From a virus: a stretch of DNA of 51,543 nt. Where the stretch lies: IMG/VR virus record IMGVR_UViG_3300025881_000006, positions 143,324 to 194,866 of that record. One strand, written 5' to 3'. The notes under the pieces are model-generated. The model did not search any database. It was not told the origin of the DNA and saw nothing but the letters and a program-made list of their open reading frames with translations. Below, in pieces: positions 29,542-39,426 of this stretch. Both the position numbers and the translations under genes were made by a program. Position 1 is the stretch's first letter; each line of letters opens with the position of its first letter.

Positions 29542-30374
29542 TGACAAATATTACACGTACTATCTACTCTAGTGCATTGCAGACTGCGCAAGTACTTGGA
29601 ATAGATTACGCCATACCAGACAATACTACCTTAAACGAGAAGTTTGACGTATTGCCAATTGCTACTATTGAAGATGAATATCCTCAGATGAAGTATTGGG
29701 CGATGGGTCGTGGTGGTCATCGTAATGCTTCAGGTCCTGATGGACAGTCGATTACACGTTTAAACTTTCATAGAGCTTCTGATGCTGCCTGTTTCCAACA
29801 CATGCCGTTTATCTTACGTAAGGCCGATAACGATATCAGTGCCGCTGCACGTGCTAACTATGCTCTACGTGTTGAAGAAGTTCATGGTGGTGTGCCGTAC
29901 ATCGCATATTACCTTAAACGTCTAGACCATAGTAACCTAGAAATAGGTTTCAATCGTTTAACCGTAACGGAAGGTAATCAAACATTACTTCCATATATCC
30001 CAAGTAGTAGTGACCTTAGTCCTGCACCGTTAACCGTATCGCCCATTGAAGTGAATGTTACTGATGGCGAATATCTTTCTGCTTCCACTTTAGTACAGTT
30101 GTTATTAACTGAAGATGAAATAGCTGAAGCTGTAGCCGCTGCTAAGATTATATACGGTGAAGAAGAATACGCTACCTTATCTGAAGTAGCATTGTGTTCT
30201 GGTGTGGATAGGGTACAGTCCGCTACTTCATCTGAAGGGTTAGCCTTTAACTATACAGAAGCAGTTGGTGTGCAGGTTAATACCCACATTATCACACACC
30301 ATCAATTATGGTTGGCTAATCGTGAACTATTAATTGAGTTTGACCTAGGTGGTACAGAAAGTCTAACGCTCTAA
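29541..30374 (+). CDS. Virion structural protein (gp127-like)
   Basis: 277 aa; NTTLNEKF, GRGGH, IAYYLKR, SEVALCSGVD motifs. Confidence 0.6.
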   Translation: MTNITRTIYSSALQTAQVLGIDYAIPDNTTLNEKFDVLPIATIEDEYPQMKYWAMGRGGHRNASGPDGQSITRLNFHRASDAACFQHMPFILRKADNDISAAARANYALRVEEVHGGVPYIAYYLKRLDHSNLEIGFNRLTVTEGNQTLLPYIPSSSDLSPAPLTVSPIEVNVTDGEYLSASTLVQLLLTEDEIAEAVAAAKIIYGEEEYATLSEVALCSGVDRVQSATSSEGLAFNYTEAVGVQVNTHIITHHQLWLANRELLIEFDLGGTESLTL

Positions 30375-30384
30375 GGTTTATTGC

Positions 30385-30648
30385 ATGGCTATAAAAGTCA
30401 GAAAAGTCACCCTACAGTGGATTAATTGGCATTGCGACGTGGATGGTTGTAATGGTAAATTAAAAGCTGTGGATATGTCAGAGAAGACCCGTGTATTGAT
30501 GTACGGGTCACGTGACTATCCTAACATCTGTGATACGTGTAATACTAGTTATAGCGCTAGATGTACATTTCCTCTATACGAAAGAGATGCCCCTGCTAAT
30601 GTAGAGGAGTTTGCTAATTCGTTAAAGGTGAGAAGGGTTAATAACTAG
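30385..30648 (+). CDS. Small putative Zn-binding protein
   Basis: CDVDGC ... CDTC. Confidence 0.55.
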   Translation: MAIKVRKVTLQWINWHCDVDGCNGKLKAVDMSEKTRVLMYGSRDYPNICDTCNTSYSARCTFPLYERDAPANVEEFANSLKVRRVNN

Positions 30649-30660
30649 GAGGTATACTGC

Positions 30661-31287
30661 ATGAAAGGTTGTAATATATACCGCATAATAGGTATCGACC
30701 CTAGTTCCCAACATATGGGAATGGCAGTCATTGACGTAGACGTTGATACCTATAGGGCAGTAGTGGTACATTCTGAAACCTTGCACGGTAGTAAGTTGAT
30801 GTTACAATATCCTCACATTATCGAAACGCACGGTGAAAAGGAAGCAAGGATGTTTGCTCAGCGTATTGCGTTTGAAAAGACATTCGATAGGTGGGAACCT
30901 AATGGGGTGGCAATTGAGTCTCCTTTCTTAGGTAGATTCCCTGCCGCATTTGCCTCACTTACGTTATGTGTTGAGGCTGTACGTAATGCCTTGATAGCCC
31001 ATAACTATCTATTACCCTTAAACCAAGTCGATCCACCTACTGTTAAGAACGCTGTGGGCGTCATAGGACGTTCTAAAGAAAAAGAAGATATTCGAAAAGC
31101 CTTAGCTGAGTTAGAACATCTAACCTTTAGTAATGCCGTTGACCTCAGCTTACTCGATGAGCATAGTTGCGATGCTACTGCGGTGGCATATTGGTTATTT
31201 CTTAAAACGTTTAATATTGAGTGGAAAGTCATAAAGGAGGAGAAACGTGTTAAAGTACGTAAAAGGAAACGTTCACGACGTTCCTGA
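30661..31287 (+). CDS. ruvC: RuvC-like Holliday junction resolvase
   Basis: IIGIDP, VAIESPF, VKNAVG, EHSCDATAVA catalytic motifs; basic C-terminal tail. Confidence 0.88.
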   Translation: MKGCNIYRIIGIDPSSQHMGMAVIDVDVDTYRAVVVHSETLHGSKLMLQYPHIIETHGEKEARMFAQRIAFEKTFDRWEPNGVAIESPFLGRFPAAFASLTLCVEAVRNALIAHNYLLPLNQVDPPTVKNAVGVIGRSKEKEDIRKALAELEHLTFSNAVDLSLLDEHSCDATAVAYWLFLKTFNIEWKVIKEEKRVKVRKRKRSRRS

Positions 31288-31726
31288 ATCTATTATTAGA
31301 GCGTTAGGTAGTATGGTTTCTAAAAACCCTGATAACGTACCTTTAATACTGACAGTGAATTGTCAATTAGATGCAGATAAGCTGACAAAGCTTCGACACC
31401 TGACCAGCCCTTCTGCCGATACAGTGGTGGTAGAAACTAAGGGGACAGTAGATATGGAAGGTGCCATTATCATGTCTCGTAACAACCCTTCTGGTTTTCC
31501 ATTAGAGTACTTAGTGAATCAAGTCACTAAAGACTTAGATGAGAAAAGTGGGATGATTGATAGTGACCATTCGATGATGGCAGAGGTGGTGAGAAGTAAT
31601 AATGCTAAAATACTTGACCACCTACATGCAATCCAAGCACTACACAGTGAGACACGTACAACCTTAGAATGCATTGCTAAGGACAGTGGCGTATCGGGTA
31701 AACCTAGATTAGGAGACGGGCAGTAG
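31247..31726 (+). CDS. Hypothetical protein
   Basis: GTG start with SD aggagg; overlaps the ruvC 3' end. Confidence 0.55.
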   Translation: MLKYVKGNVHDVPESIIRALGSMVSKNPDNVPLILTVNCQLDADKLTKLRHLTSPSADTVVVETKGTVDMEGAIIMSRNNPSGFPLEYLVNQVTKDLDEKSGMIDSDHSMMAEVVRSNNAKILDHLHAIQALHSETRTTLECIAKDSGVSGKPRLGDGQ

Positions 31727-31814
31727 CCTGTCTCTTATGCCGTCAAGTCGTGTATAATAATACTAAGTTTTGTTATCCCTTTGAGTATAATAACTAAATA
31801 TCAAAGGAAACACA

Positions 31815-32543
31815 ATGTTAACCAAAGCCATGTTAGTAGATATGTTAGAAAAACAAGAAGCCGTTAATAACGTCATGACCGGTAATGGCGATAAATGGCG
31901 TGACCTTAATCGTCCGTGGTACCGAGCCATTTGGCGTGAACTATCCGAATGTACTGACCATATTAGTTGGGAATGGTGGAAGTCTTCTAAGGTGGATTGG
32001 CCGCAGCTACACTTAGAGATAGTGGATGTATTCCACTTTATCTTATCCAGTGAGTTAAATAGCACTGAAGTAAGTGAAACATACCTGCCCATTCATGAAA
32101 TCGCCGAACATCTTGAAGTAGCGTTTAATATGGAAGGTGATTGTGACGTAAGTTACGTAGACGAACAAGAGCGTATGGAAAAGACAATGGAACTACTAGA
32201 GGGGATGGTTGCAGGTGTCATCTTAAACCGTAGGGCACCTTATGTTTCATTTAGTGCGCTGATGAATATATCAGGTTTTTCTTGGACCGAACTCCATGCG
32301 TGGTATGTAGGTAAGAACCGTCTTAATCACTTTAGACAAGCCAATGGTGATAAGAAGGGTAGCTACACTCGTACTTGGAAAAGTGCAGGTGGTGCTGCAT
32401 CTAGAGCCGATAATGAGGTATTGGAAGAGATTATCTCTTTAAGACTACCTATGCAAATTGCCAAAATTGATAATTTAAACGTCCAAGATTACATTGATGG
32501 TGAGTTGCAAAATGCATACGACTATCACTTAAGCTTACGTTAA
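31815..32543 (+). CDS. Dimeric (all-alpha, Campylobacter-type) dUTPase
   Basis: WEWWK, LEIVDVFHFILS, YVGKNRLNHFRQANG, DNE motifs. Confidence 0.9.
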   Translation: MLTKAMLVDMLEKQEAVNNVMTGNGDKWRDLNRPWYRAIWRELSECTDHISWEWWKSSKVDWPQLHLEIVDVFHFILSSELNSTEVSETYLPIHEIAEHLEVAFNMEGDCDVSYVDEQERMEKTMELLEGMVAGVILNRRAPYVSFSALMNISGFSWTELHAWYVGKNRLNHFRQANGDKKGSYTRTWKSAGGAASRADNEVLEEIISLRLPMQIAKIDNLNVQDYIDGELQNAYDYHLSLR

Positions 32544-32639
32544 CATACTGTTGGTTAGGAGAAATCCTAACCACTTATGCCGTCTGCGTTTATTTAAACA
32601 GGAGGTTGGTAGGTTATGAACTATCGTTAGGAGGGACAT

Positions 32640-33023
32640 ATGAATCACGACGATTTAATCATCGCACAATACTTTTGTGGCAGGTGTAATAAAAACACAC
32701 ATGTATTAGCACAGGTTAACGATAAAGAGCTGTTACCTTCCCCTTTAAAAGCAAGCTTTGGCTGCTTAGAACATAACGCTGCCTTAATGACGGTACAGCC
32801 AGCGGGAGCTAGTGTTACCACGTTAGATTTAGTATTAGCTAGAATTACACCACAGCTTTTAAAAAGCATGGCTGACAGTGACATGGTAGAGACTGATGTT
32901 GACACTATCCATAAAGAAGAACAGATTGAAAGACTTTACAACGATTACAAATCCAAAGGAATAGTAACCATACTACTTCCTGTCGATGCATTCAATCGGT
33001 TCTTACAACAAACTAACAAATAG
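32640..33023 (+). CDS. Hypothetical protein, possible Zn site
   Basis: CGRC ... CLEH; SD gaggg. Confidence 0.55.
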   Translation: MNHDDLIIAQYFCGRCNKNTHVLAQVNDKELLPSPLKASFGCLEHNAALMTVQPAGASVTTLDLVLARITPQLLKSMADSDMVETDVDTIHKEEQIERLYNDYKSKGIVTILLPVDAFNRFLQQTNK

Positions 33024-33032
33024 AGAGTAGGT

Positions 33033-33647
33033 ATGCGTGGTAAATTAATAGTATTGGAAGGCATCCATGGGTCAGGTAAAACAGCTGTGGCTAAAGAAAT
33101 TCAATCGTGGCTACAAGACAAGATAGGGGTATCGTGCAGTATCCTATCTGAGATGACTGACTTTCTTGATAACGAATTGGTGGCAAAGGTATTTCTATCT
33201 AAAAAGAAACCATCAAATAAAGCAATTACCGATCTGGCTAAGCATTATAAGAAAAGTATCTATAAGGCAATCAGAGATGACCGTAGTAATGAACAGTGGA
33301 TAATCGCTGACAGGTATGACTTATCATTACTAGTATACCTTAATAATGGAGTTGGTCTAGATAGTCCCCTAATGCGTCTCAACGAAGAGTTTAAATGGCC
33401 CCTTGCAGATTACTCTTATATTCTAGATTGTCCAGTACAGACCGCTATGGCTCGTTGTACGACCAAGTTTGTTACTGAACATCCTGAAACTTACTGGAAT
33501 GGTATATTAAACAGGTATAGGTTGGTAACTGAAGGCTTTACGGAATACGAGTTAATCGATAATAGTGGAGAGTTATCTGATATTGTTACCATTATAACTA
33601 GTCAGATTGGTATGGGCATAGACGAGGAGATAGAACGTGACTACTAG
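33033..33647 (+). CDS. Divergent thymidylate/dNMP kinase paralog
   Basis: LIVLEGIHGSGKT P-loop and IADRY; lacks REPGG. Confidence 0.75.
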   Translation: MRGKLIVLEGIHGSGKTAVAKEIQSWLQDKIGVSCSILSEMTDFLDNELVAKVFLSKKKPSNKAITDLAKHYKKSIYKAIRDDRSNEQWIIADRYDLSLLVYLNNGVGLDSPLMRLNEEFKWPLADYSYILDCPVQTAMARCTTKFVTEHPETYWNGILNRYRLVTEGFTEYELIDNSGELSDIVTIITSQIGMGIDEEIERDY

Positions 33648-34263
33648 AGGTAAGTTTATAGTAATCGATGGATTGGATGGTAGTGGAAAGACAACCGTTA
33701 ATAGAAAGGTATCGCAGTGGTTAGAACAGTTACTATGTATAAATATAGTAAACGTTAGAGAGCCAGGCGGGACTATAGTTGGTGAGAAGATACGTGGTAT
33801 ATTCAAAGACGGTAGTATCGAACGTGAACCTACCACTGAACTATATCTACTAATGGGTGCACGACATGAGTTATGTGCAACTGTAATCGAAAAGGCGTTA
33901 GCTGCTGGTCACTGGGTAATTGCCGATAGATATTGGTACAGTACATACGCGTATCAGGGATTTGGTGGTGGGTTAAAACTAGCATCTACTATACCCTTTA
34001 TTTCCAAAGGTTTACCTAAGCCTGATTTATCTATATGGCTTGATGTATCCATAGAAGAATGTATTAAGCGACGAGAAGCTGATGAAACTCGTGTAGGGGT
34101 AGTAGTAGATGCCATTGAAGGTCGTGGCGATGACTACTTCACTAAAGCACGTAGTGGATATGAGAGTCTTGTTATGAAGGGTATCATGAAGCGGGTTGAT
34201 GCCAATCAGGACCCTAAAGGTGTCATGGAAGATGTTTCATTTCTTATTAACGAATTAATTTAG
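33637..34263 (+). CDS. tmk: Thymidylate kinase
   Basis: FIVIDGLDGSGKTT, REPGGT, DRYWYSTYAYQG, PDLSIWLD. Confidence 0.92.
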   Translation: MTTRGKFIVIDGLDGSGKTTVNRKVSQWLEQLLCINIVNVREPGGTIVGEKIRGIFKDGSIEREPTTELYLLMGARHELCATVIEKALAAGHWVIADRYWYSTYAYQGFGGGLKLASTIPFISKGLPKPDLSIWLDVSIEECIKRREADETRVGVVVDAIEGRGDDYFTKARSGYESLVMKGIMKRVDANQDPKGVMEDVSFLINELI

Positions 34264-34273
34264 GGGTAAGTAG

Positions 34274-34855
34274 ATGTCGAGAATCAGTACACTGATAAAT
34301 CATGCAGGTAGTTCTAAACTAGTAGAGGTTTACGAGGGCGGTAGTATGATTATCGCTGCGGTAAACGAACACCTTACTGAATCTAAGCGTTTAACAAACG
34401 ATGCGACTGGTGACGAAGTAAAGAGTAGACTTCAAGACTTATCGCTAGAAAAGCAAACCACACTCTACACAAAGCAGTTAGATGTGGAAATAGCACAAGA
34501 AGCCAGTTGGGCTCAAATACAACAGGCAATGAACGAAGCGGATGCTAGGGGCGAAACAACCCGTCCAAGAATTGCATGGATGATGGCCATCGTAGTAACG
34601 ATATTCATATTTGGATATACGGTTGGTATGGTGATGGTTATTCATGGTTCTTTAAAGGCAGATGCATTACCCAGTTGGGAACAGATACTTGTCATCCTAG
34701 CAGTACCAACAGCATTATTACGTAGCTACTTTGGCTTGCGTGAATTAGGGAAGCAGAATAGAGCACGAGTTGCTTTAGGTGCACTTCCTATTGGTAAGTC
34801 TTCCATGACTGAATCTATCTCTACTTGGTTAAACAATCGAAATACTAAGCAGTAG
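34274..34855 (+). CDS. 3TM-holin-like (DUF3154-type) membrane protein
   Basis: TRPRIAW + TM, second TM ending LLRSYFGLR. Confidence 0.5.
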   Translation: MSRISTLINHAGSSKLVEVYEGGSMIIAAVNEHLTESKRLTNDATGDEVKSRLQDLSLEKQTTLYTKQLDVEIAQEASWAQIQQAMNEADARGETTRPRIAWMMAIVVTIFIFGYTVGMVMVIHGSLKADALPSWEQILVILAVPTALLRSYFGLRELGKQNRARVALGALPIGKSSMTESISTWLNNRNTKQ

Positions 34856-34864
34856 GAGATTTGT

Positions 34865-35314
34865 ATGTCTACAGAAATAGACGGTGTTAAATTAAATAAT
34901 GTTGGTGGTAACGAAGGTTTTATTAGTAAATACTTTAAAGTGTGGATGGATAAGATTAATAAACTTCACAATAGTGAAAATACAATTACTTTAAAGACGT
35001 CCCCAGCGTGGGATTGTAGGTATAGTATTGTTGAAATCATTTCCATGGCTAAAAGGTGTATGATACATAGACACTATCATGAACGTGGTAGTGGTGTAAG
35101 TACTGGGTATGCTACTGATAATACTGAAGGTAATAGAGTCATCTCTGTCAAAATCACAGATGATGAAAATGACCTATGGTTACTGTTAGGTATTAGCGAT
35201 GAGGGTTGGGTGTACGTAGCTGACAATCGTCCTGATAATGAAAACCCAGATTGGGAAGAAATAGATATCTTACCCGGTGTACTGGAAGTGAACGGTCAAC
35301 TAGTAGAACATTAA
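34865..35314 (+). CDS. Hypothetical protein
   Basis: 149-aa ORF, SD aggag. Confidence 0.6.
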   Translation: MSTEIDGVKLNNVGGNEGFISKYFKVWMDKINKLHNSENTITLKTSPAWDCRYSIVEIISMAKRCMIHRHYHERGSGVSTGYATDNTEGNRVISVKITDDENDLWLLLGISDEGWVYVADNRPDNENPDWEEIDILPGVLEVNGQLVEH

Positions 35315-35419
35315 ATTTTGAGATAGGGGCCAGTTCCCTATCTCACTTATGCCGTATGTCGAGCTTTACACGACTTGCACATTACATGTATAAAACTAAT
35401 AACACTAAGGTTGAAGAAG

Positions 35420-36472
35420 ATGGTTACTATAAAGGATGTTTATACTTTCGCCAAATCCCAAAAGACAGAGATGACTCTATCGGTTCGTGGATATAAGCCG
35501 TTAAGTACACTATTAGCACTACGTACCACCATTGCCAGTCATTGCAAGATATGGAAACATGAAGAGTTACTACTTAATACGTCTAAGATAGACGATGACA
35601 TTTTGAACATGGATTTATTACGTGGCCTTATGAAAGCCGGTCTGGTTTATATGGAAGAGGATAAACTTCGTACCACCATTGAAGAAGACCTAGAAACCTT
35701 ATCTTCTTACGATACTGAAACTGTCATGTTAATTGCAGCTAACGAGTTATTAGGTATCGGGGTTAACCATCCTCCTGTAATAAAGAAAGCTGCTATCGTA
35801 GTAAAGGATAACCTTTGCCCTATCTTCAGTATAGAAGGCCTTATCAACGCACTATCGTTCTTTAACTACCATGACGACAATACCTTTACCGATTACTTTA
35901 AAAGCGTTGCTTATACCAAAGAAGAAATGTTAGCGATGTTTGAACCTATCGTGAAGGATGTACGTACCCTACCTACTCCCAGTATCTGGTTAGAGTGTAT
36001 TACGCCTAGCTTAGCTATCGATGCTATTATGGAATACCATAACCTCCAAGAGGACTATGGTCGTGCCGAAGAGTATCGCTCTTATGTACATGATTTATCG
36101 CACGGTAACCTAGAAGCAGAACCGAAACATTCAGTACACGCCGTATGCATGAAACAACATCGAACGCATATTGATTTAAAAGACTACCTAGTAGATTCAA
36201 TTCAAAACTTACCACTACTAGTCGTTCATCCTGCACAGTGCATTAGAGATATTACTTCTAAACGTAAAGTGATATTCAATCGGGCAAGGTGGCACGGGGT
36301 GAGTAGTTTCTTATTACTATCTCAAATACATTACTACACCGTTATTCACAGTAAGAAAAACCCAGTGACTATTGATAACACACTGATGGAAACGTGGGGT
36401 GACTTGTATGGAGATATTGTTTCAATTGAAAATGCATTACTTGATGCTATAGAACTTATTAAGGTGGAATAA
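35420..36472 (+). CDS. Hypothetical protein
   Basis: Long ORF; ATG 35420 preferred over TTG 35375. Confidence 0.6.
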   Translation: MVTIKDVYTFAKSQKTEMTLSVRGYKPLSTLLALRTTIASHCKIWKHEELLLNTSKIDDDILNMDLLRGLMKAGLVYMEEDKLRTTIEEDLETLSSYDTETVMLIAANELLGIGVNHPPVIKKAAIVVKDNLCPIFSIEGLINALSFFNYHDDNTFTDYFKSVAYTKEEMLAMFEPIVKDVRTLPTPSIWLECITPSLAIDAIMEYHNLQEDYGRAEEYRSYVHDLSHGNLEAEPKHSVHAVCMKQHRTHIDLKDYLVDSIQNLPLLVVHPAQCIRDITSKRKVIFNRARWHGVSSFLLLSQIHYYTVIHSKKNPVTIDNTLMETWGDLYGDIVSIENALLDAIELIKVE

Positions 36473-36837
36473 TGGACGGGATTAAACGTGATAAGATATT
36501 AGCGATAATCGAAAGTATTAGAACGTCTCACTGTGACATTGAGTATATGTATCTCATGGGGCAGTGTTATAACTTCACCTTGATAATGAAGGCTATATTC
36601 CCTGAAACTCAAACGTGGTATTGTCAACTAGAAGGTCACGCGTATGCTAAAATAGATGGAGAGTATTTCGATATACGTGGGCATCATGAGACGGTACCTA
36701 GTACTATTTGTAAGTTAGATGAGATGGGCGGTGACCCTCCAGAGAACTGGGGACCAAGGGACACTAGAAGGTTATTAGATGTAACTATAGATTGTACCTG
36801 CAATAACAATGGAGCCATTGTAAGGTCGATGTCATGA
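36472..36837 (+). CDS. Hypothetical protein (GQCYNF...EGH...IDGEYFDIRG)
   Basis: TAATG-coupled; Cys-His-Asp order suggests a papain/transglutaminase-like triad (inference). Confidence 0.55.
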   Translation: MDGIKRDKILAIIESIRTSHCDIEYMYLMGQCYNFTLIMKAIFPETQTWYCQLEGHAYAKIDGEYFDIRGHHETVPSTICKLDEMGGDPPENWGPRDTRRLLDVTIDCTCNNNGAIVRSMS

Positions 36838-37187
36838 CTACCGTCCAGATTAACTTCATTTGGATATTATTACTTAGCACTATGGTGATGCATGGATTAA
36901 ACATGTACATATCTAAACGTATGGGATTAATAGCCTCGGCACAATACACCTTCAAGGTACATGCACCTATGTACACTATAGTGTGGTTAGTTGAGCCGTA
37001 TAACATTTTCTTATTGTTAATGGCCACCCTGTCTATGTGTATGTCTATATTACAATTTATGGAAGTGACTAAAGTACCTATCGTAGTCAAGATAGGCCTA
37101 CCTACCTTAAAACGATTTAGTACTCAGTCAGGTTTCGTAGCAATTATGTTAGTTACATTGGCAATCATTACACGGTATGTGGGATAA
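36834..37187 (+). CDS. Membrane protein
   Basis: About 3 hydrophobic segments; ATGA overlap. Confidence 0.55.
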   Translation: MTTVQINFIWILLLSTMVMHGLNMYISKRMGLIASAQYTFKVHAPMYTIVWLVEPYNIFLLLMATLSMCMSILQFMEVTKVPIVVKIGLPTLKRFSTQSGFVAIMLVTLAIITRYVG

Positions 37188-37237
37188 TACAAGGGTGGGT
37201 AATTCCACCCTTGCCTATGCCGTATCCTAGACCTTTA

Positions 37238-37250
37238 TAGACCTATATCA
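37238..37250 (+). promoter_or_regulatory. Candidate early-promoter motif copy 3 (tagacctatatca)
   Basis: Follows a hairpin/TATGCCGT element and precedes small ORFs. Confidence 0.55.
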
Positions 37251-37302
37251 CCTTGGTGAATGCGTACAATAAAGTACTGTTCTATAACTAAGTAGGTATC
37301 AC

Positions 37303-37686
37303 ATGTTTAAATTACATATTGCAATGGGCACAAGTAAGTCCAATGAAGAAAGTATTACTATCTCTACAGCTGAAGATACGGTGGTAGAGACCGCATCTAG
37401 ATTTCACATTAATAAACAAGCCCATAGGGTTTTAGATGGACTATCCTCCTCTAAGGATATTGCAAATATATCGGAGGAAGCTATAGCTAGACTTGTATCT
37501 ACTATACTTGACATAGCAGAAGAACGTATCGGTGTAACATTTAAAGAGATTCGTCAAACACGCTGTGAGATTTGTGACTACGCCTTTAAATTTGACGTAG
37601 TGGTCGACGGTGATGGTGTCATGATTAGCGTTGATGCTAAACGTGATACTAACATTTACTGCACTGTTAAGATAGTGCAGTCTTAA
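37303..37686 (+). CDS. Hypothetical protein
   Basis: 127-aa ORF, SD aggt. Confidence 0.55.
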   Translation: MFKLHIAMGTSKSNEESITISTAEDTVVETASRFHINKQAHRVLDGLSSSKDIANISEEAIARLVSTILDIAEERIGVTFKEIRQTRCEICDYAFKFDVVVDGDGVMISVDAKRDTNIYCTVKIVQS

Positions 37687-37760
37687 TATAGTAAACGAAA
37701 CGAGGGGTTACTATGTAACCCCTGTACCCGATATATAAATCCATGCAATAAGGGTTCACA

Positions 37761-38141
37761 ATGAATACCAATAACTTAACCATAGCTAAAATGATAGCGG
37801 ATGCTATTAGTATCAATCAACACGATTCACTGTATCTATTTACAATCCAAGATATGGCAAGTGTAGTCACTAAAGTCGAAGATAAATATACAATTGTTGA
37901 AGGGGTTGATATGGTTACAGATACAGATTTAATAAAGTTAATAGACGAAGAAATTAACAATACTTGTAATAGTAAAGCTAACGCCATACAAGTGTCAACC
38001 TTACAGTTACCTAGACCACTTATTGACTCTATGTCACGTATTAACGAATTGGATCGAATGGACAAAGAACTTGAAGATAACTTTCAAAGATACATAGTCG
38101 GCGAAGGTCAATCTAAAACATTAACAAGTAACGAGGTGTGA
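37761..38141 (+). CDS. Hypothetical protein
   Basis: 126-aa ORF, SD aaggg. Confidence 0.55.
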   Translation: MNTNNLTIAKMIADAISINQHDSLYLFTIQDMASVVTKVEDKYTIVEGVDMVTDTDLIKLIDEEINNTCNSKANAIQVSTLQLPRPLIDSMSRINELDRMDKELEDNFQRYIVGEGQSKTLTSNEV

Positions 38142-38142
38142 T

Positions 38143-38901
38143 ATGAAAACATTATTATTTAGTATTTTATTAACAGTAAGTACACTTACTCAGGCCAGCC
38201 TTATCAGTAGTACTGACGACTGGCGTGGTAAATGGGGTGAACAAACAGTAGGTGTTGGCGCTACCATCACTTATAGTCTTATGGAAACAGGTACTTCATG
38301 TGAACGTCTAAGAACTGACTGTACCTTTACCCACTTTGACGATTTCCTACCAACGGGTTGGAATGATATATTAACAGGTGCATTTAGTGCTTGGTCTGCT
38401 GTAGCTGATGTTACATTCGTTGAAGTAGCAGATGAAGGGGAGCAGTTTAACGATGGGTCTAATTCAGGTACTATTCGAATCGGTGGTCGTGAGTTTGACG
38501 GGATTAATGGCACTATCGCTACTGCTTACTATCCGGGTGAGGGTGGTGCTGCAATGGGTGGTGACTTACATCTTGATACTGCTGAACTATGGGACATGGA
38601 TATATATGGAGACGGGTTTGACTTGTTCACTATCCTTACTCACGAAATTGGACACAACATCGGTTTAAAACATAGTGACAATAGAGACTCGTTGCTGTTC
38701 GGTCTTTACCATAATAGAACGTATGGCATACAGGACCATGAGGCTGACCTTGCTGCTGCACTATATGGTAGTTCAAAGTTATCACAACGTGCTAATCAAA
38801 CTACAGAGGTTTCTGAACCTACAACATTATTACTATTTGCCATCGCATTTCTAGCATTATTTAGAATACGCAATGCGCCATTTAGATTAATTAAATGTTA
38901 A
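38143..38901 (+). CDS. Secreted matrixin (M10-like) Zn metalloprotease with PEP-CTERM-like sorting tail
   Basis: Signal peptide; AFSAWSAVADVTFVEV, FDG..GTIATAYYP, GGDLHLD..E.W, HEIGHNIGLKHS; tail VSEPTTLLLFAIAFLALFRIR. Confidence 0.88.
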   Translation: MKTLLFSILLTVSTLTQASLISSTDDWRGKWGEQTVGVGATITYSLMETGTSCERLRTDCTFTHFDDFLPTGWNDILTGAFSAWSAVADVTFVEVADEGEQFNDGSNSGTIRIGGREFDGINGTIATAYYPGEGGAAMGGDLHLDTAELWDMDIYGDGFDLFTILTHEIGHNIGLKHSDNRDSLLFGLYHNRTYGIQDHEADLAAALYGSSKLSQRANQTTEVSEPTTLLLFAIAFLALFRIRNAPFRLIKC

Positions 38902-38958
38902 TAATAACAAGGAGGGTCTTTCATATGACCTTCTTTTTTTGTCATCAGGGGAACTATT

Positions 38959-39426
38959 ATGTTACTGGGTTATAAGCTAGCGGGAGGTATTTCAGTAGTT
39001 GCATTAATTGCAGTGGGATATTTAAGCTATCAGGTAGTATTAGGTGAAAAGACTATCGCACAACAAGAGACAACGATTGCTAAGTTACAGGCCAGTGTAG
39101 ATACATTGACTACCTCTAACGAACAAAATCAATCTACAATCGATGCCATACTAACTATCAATGAAGCCAGTGGGGAGAGAATCAGTGAGCTTACTCAAGA
39201 ATATAATCAAGCGTATAGGGCTGCTAGTACCTACGAAAGGGAAATCAATGTACTACGTCAGACAGAAGCCATTAGGATGCTACAGGAACCTTACGAGCGT
39301 GGTAACTACGCTACTACTCGTGTTAACGATGTCCTCTTGCGCATTGCTGGAAGGCCAGCAGGTTCAACAGGTGAAAGTAAGGATAATACCGACGATTCCA
39401 AAGGTAGCTATACCAGCTCCAATTGA
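38959..39426 (+). CDS. Putative i-spanin (Rz-like)
   Basis: N-terminal TM plus coiled coil; overlapped by a lipoprotein ORF in another frame. Confidence 0.65.
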   Translation: MLLGYKLAGGISVVALIAVGYLSYQVVLGEKTIAQQETTIAKLQASVDTLTTSNEQNQSTIDAILTINEASGERISELTQEYNQAYRAASTYEREINVLRQTEAIRMLQEPYERGNYATTRVNDVLLRIAGRPAGSTGESKDNTDDSKGSYTSSN

